This document shows positions 14,002 through 25,582 of a stretch of 64,000 bases of DNA, piece by piece. A model generated the notes under the pieces. It had not been told where the DNA came from. It saw nothing but the letters and a program-made list of their open reading frames with translations, and made no database searches. A program made the position numbers and the translations under genes. Positions within the stretch are counted from its first letter, which is position 1; each line of letters opens with the position of its first letter. The stretch is from Squalus acanthias (taxonomy: Eukaryota), in NCBI GenBank assembly GCA_030390025.1, contig CM059432.1, positions 62,932,001-62,996,000 on the forward strand, written 5' to 3'.

Positions 14002-14778
14002 GGGCCAGAGTTTGCTGTCAAAATAATGGTAAGGCTAATGGCATTCGCCGTTATTGAAGCATAAATGGTACAGCAACTTCAGCCGAAAGGCAGATGTGCG
14101 GTTAAATGGCAATACCTAAAAGTTGCTGTCCGAGATGTGCCGCTCTGCCGTTAGCTTCGCGAAAATGGCATTTTGTTGTTTACTTCACCATTGAAATGCA
14201 TTGAATGGCGTGACTGTAAAGTTTCTGTATTTGTGCGGTAGATACGAACTAAACTTGCCACAGAAAGTTAAGTCTTGTCAATACAAGGCAAGTACCCTTT
14301 TAATGACATGATAACTGTTAATTACTGCCAATCAACCTCTCTGGCACTGAAAATGAACTAATATGAATGTGGCATCTCATTCCTTCAGGTATTAATTGTT
14401 GTTGGAGATTTTAAAAATGTCAAATTTAAAACTGAATTTTTTTTTACTTTTCCTTTCTTAATGCAATCTTTCTTTCCCTCTCTTTATTTCTCTTTCTGTA
14501 CCTGATTTGACATTGAATTCACCCACTCTAATTTACACTTCCTTCTCAGTCCTTGCAATGTTTATTTCTCAATCCCTCAATCATATTGGTTATGTAGATA
14601 CACAGTTGCTTTCCCTGTTCACTCAGGTCCCAGATGCCCTGTTTCCCTTGCTGCGCTGTTATCAGCTCGCACTTTCAGCAACTTGCCACACAAAAAAATT
14701 AGAAAGCTTAAACGTGCAAGAGCAAGTCTAACTAATGGCAGACACCGTTAGATTCCCTGCCACAGCAAAATCTGGGTC
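14002..14778. mobile_element. Harbinger-type MITE
   Basis: Imperfect TIR GGGCCAGAGTTTGCTGT ... ACAGCAAAATCTGGGTC; TSD AAT/AAT. Confidence 0.8.
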
Positions 14779-15059
14779 AATGTATTACATTTTTCTAGTT
14801 TGCAACATGTCAGTTAGCCACATTTATACTGAACTGACTATTCAACCATAACTTATCACACCAAACTACGGTATGAATCATTTTTAAAATCCTGTGAAAA
14901 CAACAGCAATTCTTTGAGTTAATCATTTAATTATACTATGTCTCATATCATACAATTATTGTGAGTAACGTTTAAGGAGTATATTTAAAAAAAAAAGATT
15001 TATTTCCAGTTTTTTCCCTTCTATCCTGTGGGTGCTAATTCATACCCATATTATGGTTC

Positions 15060-15415
15060 CATAAGCCCTGTGATGCCTCACCCTGTCGACTATTTCTCAT
15101 GTATGAGCCTAGACAGTGAATGTTGTCAGGCTATTTATTTGTCAGGGACATTAGATTTGAGCCTGATCCTGTCCTTGCCCGATGTCCACACACACACTTT
15201 TTAGTAGGAATCACTGGATAGCGATCAGGAACGGGATCCCTTGCTGATTTCCCCCCCTCCCTAGCTCAGGGATGCTGCAGCTTATTTTAACTCTGCAGCT
15301 CTTGCCCTGGTTAAACCCAATTAACAATTCATACCAGGAATTAAACCTGGGACCTTTTGGTCTGTATAGCGTTGTACTACAGTGGGTGACTTTTATATCC
15401 GTTATCCACCGGGGA
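15060..15415 (-). repeat. Old SINE-like dispersed repeat (unnamed)
   Basis: Minus-strand box-B-like GGTCCCAGGTTTAATTCCTGG; body similar to 8410-8720. Confidence 0.5.
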
Positions 15416-18400
15416 AGCCTTTAACTGGTTAATGAATCACTTTACAACATTTTTATATTTCCTTCTCATTTTTATTTAAGAGTACATCTGCTTCTCTTCT
15501 GACTTTCTTTTGTTGTTTAATTCTTTCTAAGTTACAGGCTGCTAAGTTTAAGATCATATAGTTGCCTGGCAAATTGGCTATGATAATAGGAAGGCTCCTA
15601 TCGGTCTAAAGCATATCAAAATAATTGGATAGCTTAACGGTAAGTAGTGTAAAAAACAGGATCAATTAAATACAACTGAAACAAATCTTTTTTTAACTGC
15701 AATTGGAAGCGGAATGGTTGTTGTTGCAGAAGTGACAGAGGAACAGCCGGGGCAGTGTCCTTCCTTGCTTTGCAGTTTCCTGTGCATTTCCACAATGGAA
15801 GTTGTCTGACTCAGAAGCCTTCTTGCAGTCTTGTTGTAGCCTGTCTCCCACGCCATCCATACTGGACCTTTGATGTGGCTTTTGTTCTGCACTGTCCAGT
15901 TCATAATCTGACTAACTGCTTAGTCCACAGTGAGTTGCGGAGGCTGGAAATGTCCCAGCGGATGATTCACAGACGTCTCAAAAATGACCATGTTATGACA
16001 TTATTTTATACACATGTGTATTAGACCATCTTCCTTCTTAGATTATGATTGATGCCTTAAGCCAGTACTTGATTCCTACATCAGAAAGCATATGATCCTT
16101 TATAAAAGTGTTTCAATTAATTCCTATGCTAGTATAACAAATGGTTATTTAAAGATCTAGGCAATGTTTTAGGACTGAGATTTGTATTCTGATTTATTTA
16201 GTAAATGAACCTTCAGGCCCTATCTCCCTCTTTTATATCCTATGAGTCAACCATACTTATGGTGCGTATCAAATATGATGTAGGAGAAGAAAGGATGAGA
16301 TGCTAGATACATTTGACGGCAGGTACCTATGTAGGACGCTGAACACATGGTCGGGAAATCCTTCTACTATTGTCAAAGTATCAAGATGAACTAAAACCCT
16401 GCTGTTGTATATTAATACCATAACAGGGTGGAGCTGAAGCCATCTGCAACAAGGAGACTATTGTTGTGTATTGTTAAAATGCAATAGGGTTTGCTACTCT
16501 TTTAAAGAGATTACCCATATAAGATCAGCAACAATTAATACAAATTAACCATACGGTTCACTTTGGGTGTGTGTGTATCCTTGTGTAAGTTTTATAAGAG
16601 TGAAAGACACAACATAGATGTCTGTTTAAGTTTGATATTGCGCTTGCTGGCAGCATAGGAAGACGCAGAGAAATTGAGGTAGCAACAGGCAAGTCACTGA
16701 TTGCCCGCAGTCCACATTCTAGCAGACCTGTTTTAAATGGTTAATTCTGCATTTTAACCTTTTCTACAGACTCAGGGTCTTTCTTCCTGGCCCTGGGAAT
16801 AGAGTTGAGCTTCTTCCAACAACCATGGGACATTGTCTGAGAAATCATGTTGTTGAATGCTGATTTTGGATTTGTACTTCTGACAATCGAATCACAGCTT
16901 ATTTTCAGATTGGGACTTAGGATGGAGATGCAAGTCTAGAAATGACTGTCAGCAATATTACGGGTTGAATACTTATTGACAAGACATTTTTTTGTCCACT
17001 ATTTTAGTGCAATCATTAACCCTTTTATAATGAATAGGTCTAGCATCTGTGTTAAACTAGCAGACAGAGGAATTTTATATGAACACAATAAGTGTTCATT
17101 GCTCAAACTGCCAACAGTACGTTCTAGGCTTTGTCCTTTTGTTGCTTGATTGCCACTATCTGCAAAAGCATTTTCTGGTTTTTGGTCAATGCTGTAGCAC
17201 ATCATTTCATTAAATATATCTCTTGGATGAAATGTGACATTCCTATAACACAAGATATGGACCCTGAATTTCCTCCCACATAGAAGTGCGAAAATGCCAT
17301 AATCTACGTGGACGGGAGCAGAATTTGAGGCAGACCTGGTTATGCCAGGTGACTGCCTGCTTTTATGCCCGCCCACAGGGTCCCCATATGGGGCAGGCAT
17401 ATAATGATGCTGTGCAAATGAGGGAACTACACCGTGCAACAAATTTCTTGTAATTTGTGCCCTAGCAATGTTGGGTGCAAGGAGTACAGTGTTCAGTATT
17501 GCTAACGACCTTGATGGCAGACGTTAAAATTTAACTGGCCAGTGTCTCTATTATAATTGACTGGCCGAGTGACTGATTATGGTACAGAAACTGGCAAATA
17601 TATAAATGGGCTACTTTTAAGGTTTTTAAAAAATTTCAGCCAGCACTGCCATTTCCCTTCCCCCACCTGAAATTGGCTCCCCAGCTGTGCTGTAAATAGC
17701 ATGGGTGCGCCCCCAAAATATTTAAATGTTCCTGACCTTGTAAAGTGGGCCAGAATCAGGAGGGCTGTTTTAGAACAGTATATGTATCAGGCAAGTCAAA
17801 TATTGTACTGCTGGTCTCACACAGTATTTTTCTGATTCTGTGCTATTATTTTACTTGTAAATAAACTAGATCATAATAATTTAGCCTGAAGATCACAATC
17901 TGACATTGGGCTACTTACTGCCTTTTAGACTGGATAGTAACCCTTATGATCTCTGATGTTGAAATCTGTGGTAAAGGACAATTGTTAGTCCTGTGGTGTG
18001 CTGGCTCATTCACAATATGCATGATGATGCAAGTTTCAGTTCAAAGGAGATTTATTCTGCTATGGAGACTGCCTTTTTGCTGTGAGAACGAGTTAAAAGT
18101 GTTAGAGAAAAGTTTGAGTTGCAGGATAAATTTTTAAGAACCTGGATCCATTCAGTGATTATTATATGTACAATGGGATTTGAATTAGGAAATCTTCAAT
18201 CTTCATTTGAAGGCCTAATTCTAGGAATATTGGCTTAAACCATTCTGTAATTCACAATTATGTCATTGATGCTCCCAAGGGAGAGTATTTCTTACCTCTA
18301 CAGAAGAGATGCTAAGTGTTCTGCCAATTTGGGGAGATTGTAATGTAACAGATGCTTGCCTCCTCGGAACACTTATTTAAGATTAAATGTTCTTTGATGA

Positions 18401-18514
18401 ATCAAGTTGTACAAAGTGTTATGTTTGGTACTGTTTATCCAAATTTTAGAATCTTACAGTGAGGTATTATTTTTGAAAAATAAAGTGATTACATTTTTTG
18501 GGGATAATATATGA

Positions 18515-18806
18515 AAGCTTTACTCAGTTGATAGCTCATCGCGCCTCTCTGGTTTAAAGTTTATAGGTTCAAGCCCACTCCAGAATATAATCTAAGCTGA
18601 CAATTCAGTGCAGTACTAAGAGAGTCATTGCTGGAGCTGCTGTCTTTCTGATAAAATGTTAAACCCAGGCCTCATCTGTCCATTCAAGTGCACATAAAAG
18701 ATTACATGGAACTATTCAAAGAGAAGTAGGGAATTCTTCCAGTATCCTGGCCAACAGCGATCCCTTAACCAACGCAGTCTAAAAGAGATTAATTTGTCAT
18801 CACATT
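18515..18806 (+). mobile_element. Deu-domain tRNA-derived SINE (SacSINE1/AmnSINE1-like), older copy, 5' part
   Basis: Degenerate box A/B head plus Deu core (TGTTAAACCCAGGCCTCATCTGTCC...ATGGAACTATTCAAAGAGAAGTAGGGAATTC); its 3' part resumes at about 30657-30728. Confidence 0.8.
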
Positions 18807-18807
18807 A

Positions 18808-19096
18808 AGTGTCAGCCATGACTCAGTGGTAGCACTCGCACCTCTGAGTCAGAAGGTTGTGGGTTCGAGTCGTACTCCAGAGACTTGAGCACAAAATCTA
18901 GGCCGATACTCCAGTGCAATACTGAGGGAGCGCTGCACTGTCGGATGTCTTTCAGATGAGATGTTAAATTGAGGCCCAGTCTGCCCTCTCAGATGAATGT
19001 AAAAGAACCCATGGCACTATTTTGAAGAAGAGCAGGGGAGTTCTGCCCGGTGTCCTGGCCAATATTTATCCCTCAACCAACATCACTAAACAGATT
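18808..19096 (+). mobile_element. Deu-domain tRNA-derived SINE (SacSINE1-like), 5' part
   Basis: Box A TGACTCAGTGGT, box B GGTTCGAGTCG, Deu core; breaks at CAGATT and resumes at 30532 (ATTATCTGGTCATT...). Confidence 0.88.
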
Positions 19097-22000
19097 GGCC
19101 TAGAAATTGGACAAGGCCTGAAAACAGGCGTGGGGATCGCGATGCTCGTTCCTTCCGATGCAGGCAGCTGCGTGCTAATTTAAATAGTAGCGTGCAGCCC
19201 AGTGCTGAACATGCTGCTCAGTGGCTGCACGCCTCAGCAGAGGGCCCAAGTTCGTGAAAGGCTAGCACCACTTAAAGCTAGCCTGCACTGCATAAAGGCA
19301 GCTTGCACCTCTTAAAGGGGAGGTGCCTTCTGCCTGCAGCAGGTACTGTAAGTGGCTGGGGAAGAGAGTGTGAGCAAGAAGAAGACATACAGATGGCGCA
19401 ATTGGGCAGAGTGCGGGATCCAAGATTCTCCGACGCAGCACTGGAGGCCTTGGTGCAGGACGTGGACAGGAGGAGAGAGGTCCTCTATCCACAGAGGGCC
19501 AGGAGGCCCTCCAGACAAATTCTGAGAAGGCAATGAGAGCAGATAGCCATCGTGGTCAATGCCAGCAATGCAGTCCCAAGAGTTCTGAGGACCTGGATGC
19601 AGGGCTGCTGGAAGGTTAATGACATCACACGATTGGTCAAGGTCAGTGAATTCACCTTACACTGAACCACTAGGCTCAGCCACTGCTCAATTCACCATCG
19701 CCCCCCCTGCACTCACCTACCAACAAACTCTATCAATCACGACTCATACCTCACATTCATAGCTTCACCTCACCCTCACACACTTAGCACTGTTGCAAGC
19801 CTCACACCCACATCTCACAGCTTGCGCACACTGCCAGCTATTCAACCATGACAGGCACATCACCCAAAGACATTGCACCACACTCACTGACGCACTTCCC
19901 TCTCTCTTGCAAGAAAACGTGGCCCATAACCGGAGGCAGCAGTGGCTATCCGCAGGGAGACAGGCGTGATCCTCATGGAGGAATCGGTGCTGGAGATTAC
20001 TGGAGCGGCCATCGCTGAGCCCGTGGCCGAGGCGGGGTCGAAACAATCCAAGATGACGGTATCCTTATACCTAATCCTCCTTCTCACATCCCACTTCTCC
20101 CTCATCCCACAATCTCTTATGATTTACAAGCTGCAGATAGTGTAAGCATGCACCTCTTTCTTTAACCCCCTCCCCTCACTGCAGCCCTACCCTTGTGCCT
20201 TTCTCCTTTCAGATAGCCAAGAACTGCAACCTGGCCAGGCAGTAGTGGAGGAGCAGGAATTGGAAGAGGAAGAAGGCAGTGATGCTGAAGACAAAGCACC
20301 GCCACTCGATTTCACACTCACAGCCACCAGCTCAGAGACTGACTCTCCACACACTTTAGAGGTTAGGTTAGTCATGAGATCTGCATGTGGTGAGACACCA
20401 GGCAAGAGTGGCCTGCAGCCAGAGCAGGGGGAAAGGGTAGCACAGATGCCACCTCCCCGGAGGGCGAGGTCGCACACGAATTCTGCTGCACAGGACTCAG
20501 ATGACGACTTCAATGGTGCGGCCTACAGAAGAAGTCTGATGGGTACGCACAATGAAATGCTTGGTGCATTGGCAGGCCTGCCAGAAAGCCTGAGTGCAAT
20601 GTCAACGAGCATGGAGGAATCCAGCTTCAACCTTGCACAGGGCTTTGTGCAGAGCTTGGAGCCCATCCTTTCCAGCGTGGAAGTGATTGGCAACTCCATT
20701 AGTGCACTTGTGGACACAACCATGATGCAGCGTCTGATGGCCAATGTCTCCACTTCCATTCCAGCACAAGCAGAAGCCACACAATGTCAGGGTGCTGCAG
20801 TGGAAGCTCAGACTGCTGTCATGTAGGCTCAGCTTGTCACCACGAAGCTCAGACTGCTGCCATCATGACTGTGGTTACCAGTGTTGAAAGGGGCTTGCAG
20901 GGTGTCACAGCAGTCCACCAATCTGTCCTCCAACAGATTACTAGGATTGCTGAGGCGCCGCCCCGGGGGAGTGGCAGTGGCTCCGTGGAGCACGAACCTG
21001 CTGTCCTCTCTCAGGATGACAGCAGTGGTCCTCCCACCACTGCCACTCTGCTTGTGCCCTTGCTGTTGCCTGTCAGCCAACCTGGACTGCTGCCGCCCAT
21101 GCCGAGATGGCGTATCTGAAGCCGGGCCTTCTATGCCCAGAGCTGCTCGAGGTCGTGCTCCAAGGCCATCTGCAGCCTCACCCACTGAAAGTCAGCAGCC
21201 TTCCACCAGTGATCCAACCGTGGCTAACTAAAGAAGTTAAGGACAGCATTAGATTGAAAGAAGAAGCTTATAATGTTGCAAAGAATAATAGTAAGCCTGA
21301 GGATTGGGAGAGTTTCAGAAACCAGCAAAGGTTGACCAAAAAATTGATAAAAAGGGAAAAAATAGAATATGAGAGAAAACTAGCAAGAAATATCAAAGCA
21401 GATTGTAAGAGTTTCTACAAGTATGTAAAAAGGAAAAGAGTAGCAAAAGTAAACGTTGTTCCCTTAGAGGCTGAGACAGGAGAAATTATTATGGGGAATA
21501 AGGAAATGGCAGAAAGGGTAAACAAATATTTTGTATCTGTCTTCACAGTAGAAGACACAAAAAGCATACCAAAAATGGTGGGAAACCAAGGGTCTAATGA
21601 GGGTGAGGAAAATAACGTAATTAATATAAGTAGAGAAAAAGTACTAGAGAAGCTAATGGGACTAAAAGCTGACAAATCCCCTGGACCTGACGGCCTACAT
21701 CCTAGGGTTCTAAAAGAGGTGGCTGAAGAGATAGTGGATGCATTGGTTTTGATCTTCCAAACTTCCCTAGATTCTAGAATGGTCCCAGTGGATCGGAAGG
21801 TCGCAAATGAAACACCACTATTCAAGAAAGGAGGGAGAGAAAACACAGGGAACTCCAGGCCAGTTAGCCTGACATCAGTCGTCGGGAAAATGCTGGAATC
21901 TATTATTAAGGAAGTGGTATCAAGTCACTTAGAAGATCATAACATGATTAGGCAGAGTCAACATGGTTTTATGAAAGGGAAATCGTGTTTGACAACTTTA

Positions 22001-22907
22001 TTCGTGTTTTTTGAGGATGTAACTAGCAGGGTAGATAAAGGGGAACCAGTGGATGTAGTATATTTGGATTTCCAAAAGGCATTTGATAAGGTGCCACATA
22101 AAAGGTTATTACACAAGATTAGGGCTCATGGGGTTGGGGGCAATATAATAGCATGGATAGAGGATTGGTTAATGGACAGAAAACGTAGAGTAGGGATAAA
22201 TGGATCTTTTTAAGGTTGGCAGGCTGTAACTAGTGGGGTGCCGCAAGGATCAGTGTTGGGGCCTCAGCTACTTACAATCTATATTAATGACCTAGATGAA
22301 GGAACCGAGTGTAATGTATCCAAGTTTGCTGATGATACAAAGCTAGGTGGGGCAGTAAGCTGTGAGGAGAACACAAAGGGCTCGAATTTCATCCGGCCGT
22401 TGAGGCGGGATTGGAGGCGTGTGGGTGGTTAAAATTGCAAAAACTGGCAGGCAGGCCCCAACCCGCCTCCATCCCGCCTCCAAGCAATTTTCATTAAATC
22501 GTGTCTACTGGTCCCGTCTCTGTCCCGCCTCCAAGAGGTGGGATAGGCCGTTAAGGCCCTTAACAAGCACTAAATTGCCTCTATAATGCCATTTTGATAG
22601 GCCTTTGTGATTTTCACCCTTTTCCCACGTGAAGCACGCCTGTTCTGAAACACGACGGTGAAACCTGACGGTAGCACAATTGGATTGCTGACTATCAGCT
22701 GCAGCTCAACCATTAAATAGGAGATTTGATCAGCCATCATTTGCAGGTGGCAGGACTTTGCTGTCTCAGATCTGGGGGAACTTTTAGAAGGCATAACCAC
22801 AGCTGTGGAAGTTTGGAGCCTGACACCCATCTCCAGTGTGACCTCCTGGGAAAGCCCTCTTGCCACCTTGACTGAGCGCTTCCTCAACTGAGGCATATAC
22901 CAGAAGC

Positions 22908-24173
22908 ATGGGAGCCATTTATTTCCTTCCCTTCTGGACATCAGATGAGGACGAAGACCAGCCGCGGCACCAGCAGAACCATGAACAACAGCAGCACCAA
23001 CAGCAGCAGCACCAACAGCAGCAGCAACAACAGGAGCGCCAAGCTGCTGCTCACCCACCTGAAGCTGCACAGGCCAGAAGGGGCCAGCGCATGGAAGCCC
23101 GTCAGCGCAGGAGATACCCCCCAAACAGGGTCTACAGACACAGGGTCAACTACCTCAACATGTCTGAGCAGCAGTGCCAAAGGCGGCTCCGACTTTCGCG
23201 AGAGGTAGTGGGTGACATCTGCGCAATGCTGCAACAAGACCTGGAGCCCAGAGGACCAGGTGGACAACCCTTACCAGTGGCCGTCAAAGTCAACACCGCA
23301 CTCAACTTTTTTGCCTCAGGCTCATTCCAGGGATCAGCAGCAGACATCAGCGGCATCTCCCAGGCGGCCGCACACACTTGCATCACGCAGGTAACCGATG
23401 CCCTCTTTGCCATCGCGCACAATCACATCCATTTCACCAAGGATCAAGCAAGTGTCACAGCGCGTGCGGTTGGATTAGCTAATCTGGCACGCTTTCCAAG
23501 GGTGCAGGGCATCGTTGACTGCACACATGTGGCCCTTAAGGCACCCCATCGCAATCCAGGTATTTTTGTCAACCGCAAGGGCTTCCACTCCCTTAACGTT
23601 CAGCTGGTGTGTGACCACAAGAAGGAAATTTTGCATGTTTGTGCCAAGTACCCTGGCAGTTGCCATGACTCCTTCATACTGCGCCAGTCTAGTGTGCCTC
23701 CGCTATTCAGTCCGCCAGACCAACTTAACGGATGGCTACTTGGAGACAAGGGCTATCCCCTGAAGACGTGACTAATGACGTCGTTGAGGAGCCCATCCAA
23801 CGCAGCAGAGGAGAGCTACAACTCCAGCCACATTTCCACCAGAGCCATAATCGAGTAAACCATCGGTATGCTGAAGATGCGCTTCAGATGCCTGGATAGA
23901 TCAGGTGGAGCTCTGCAGTACTCAGCAGCCAGGGTCTCCAGAATCGTCGTGGTTTGCTGTGCACTTCACAACATGGCACAATGTCGTGGCTTGCAGATTC
24001 CTGAGGACCAAGTGGCTCGTCACATATCCTCCTCAGATGAGGAGGAGGAGGAGGAGGAGGAGGAGAGCGAAAACGAACATCTTGCAGAGGCCCATCAACC
24101 AGCGGCAGCAGTACGTGAGAACATTGCTGCCCGGGATGCAAGGAACGCACTCATCTTGGCCAGATTTGCTTAG
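22908..24173 (+). pseudogene. Harbinger DDE transposase (HARBI1-like), 421 codons, two nonsense mutations
   Basis: Single frame with [38 protein letters not shown] and IE*TIGMLKMRFRCLD; stops TGA 23769-71 and TAA 23856-58; N-terminal polyQ and C-terminal polyE. Confidence 0.93.
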
Positions 24174-24430
24174 CCTAGCCAATCAAGCACTTTTGCCTCG
24201 CAGCTTCTTACCTGAGCATCGACAATGGCCAAGAACCAGCGGATTCCTAGCAATTTGAACATCATACTGACAATTGCAAGTAATCCTAAGCCCTCAATGT
24301 GGAAGTCCCATTCGCGAAATGACACACGCCACAACTACAGCAGTAGCCATCAGATTTTTTATTTACAGTAATCATCTGATGGCTTTTTAACATAAAACAT
24401 CAAAATTCACCCAAGTGACTACCCTTGTGA

Positions 24431-25270
24431 CTATTTGTGCACTATCTTTCTCTTACGCGTGCTCCTACGTGGTGCTTCCCCTGTGGCTTCAGCAGATGTG
24501 GAGGCCCCTTGCTCACTTTCTTGCTGCTCCTGTCTCGACACCTTTGGTGGGCGTCCTCTGGGGTTGCGAACCTGTGAGGGCTCGGCAACAGTCTGCTGCT
24601 CCTGCGGCTGTGCAGGGGTTGAGATGCCGATCTCAGTTGGGTGCGGACTCTGGTGGGGCTTTGACCGAGGATTTGTCAGTGGCATGGAAGTGTGAGCGCT
24701 TGGAGAGGAGCCCCCACTTCCTTGTTCTCTGCAAACAACATCCCTCTCATGGGTCAGGTCCACCTCAGCGCTTGCAAGTGGATTGAGAGCACCTTGCTGC
24801 ACATCGGGGGGCCATGGGGACCCGTATCTGCACTGGAAGTCCTACTCAGAAGGACTTCCATGAAGGTCTGTTTTCTGTGTTCAATAGATGACCATCGCTC
24901 CTCCAGAGATGTCATTCTATTCTGAACACTCACCATGTTTTCTGCACTCTGGCGACTTATCTCCTCCATGGCCGCAGCCATCCTCTCGTCTACAGTAGCC
25001 ATCCTTTCGACGGAGGTTGCCATCATTTGCACAGAGGTTGCCATCCTTTCCGTGGTGATGCATTCATGCGCCAATGACTCCACAAAGGCTCTGCTCATGT
25101 TCGCTATGGACTCCTCCATTCGCTCCACATTCGCAGCGACCCTAGAGACAAAACCTGCCAGAGACTCCTGCATCTGTTCCTGGAGTTCCAGCACTGCTGA
25201 TCTTATGGATGGACCCAGAGGCAGAGGGTCAACATGCAGCTGAGCCGAGCTGGGAGAGTCCTGCGCCCTC
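24431..25270 (-). pseudogene. Harbinger B Myb-like gene, last exon (frameshifted)
   Basis: Coiled-coil MLELQEQMQESLAG... and basic C-terminus RNPRGRPPK...PRRSTRKRK, like the other Myb genes in the window. Confidence 0.75.
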
Positions 25271-25582
25271 CGACTAGGCAGATGGAGTATAATGTACTCA
25301 CTTTATTCACTTTGGTAGGAAGAATAGAAAATCAGAATATTTTTTAAATGGTGAGAAACTTTCAAATGTTGGTGTTCAGAGAGATTTGGGTGTCCTCGTG
25401 CAAGAAACACAGAAAGCTAGCATGCAGGTACAGCAAGCAATAAGGAAGGCAAATGGCATGTTGGCCTTTATTGCAAGGGGGTTGGAGTATAAGAGTAAGG
25501 AAGTCTTGCTACAATTGTACAGGGCCTTGGTGAGACCTCACCTGGAGTACTGTGCGCCGTTTTGGTCTCCTTATCTAAGGAA

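Larger units (their letters stand above)
22378..25272. mobile_element. PIF/Harbinger element B (right end deleted)
   Basis: Left TIR GGGCTCGAATTTCA interrupts CR1 RT; + transposase and convergent Myb last exon; right end lost together with a short stretch of CR1. Confidence 0.9.

Noticed and set aside
15662..16024. Overlapping ORFs in a GC-balanced, non-repetitive patch
   Set aside because: No recognisable domain or consistent splice pair; may be a conserved non-coding element but cannot be supported from sequence alone.
18811..18880. tRNA-like sequence with box A/box B
   Set aside because: Runs directly into the Deu-SINE body; it is a SINE head, not a tRNA gene.
21107..22213. 368-aa ORF as a functional gene
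   Set aside because: Chance fusion of an off-frame piece of Myb exon 3 to a 5'-truncated CR1 RT that stops before the catalytic FADD motif.
22908..24173. Domesticated host HARBI1 gene
   Set aside because: Has a TIR, nonsense mutations, multiple paralogs, and sits within a CR1; it is a transposon copy.
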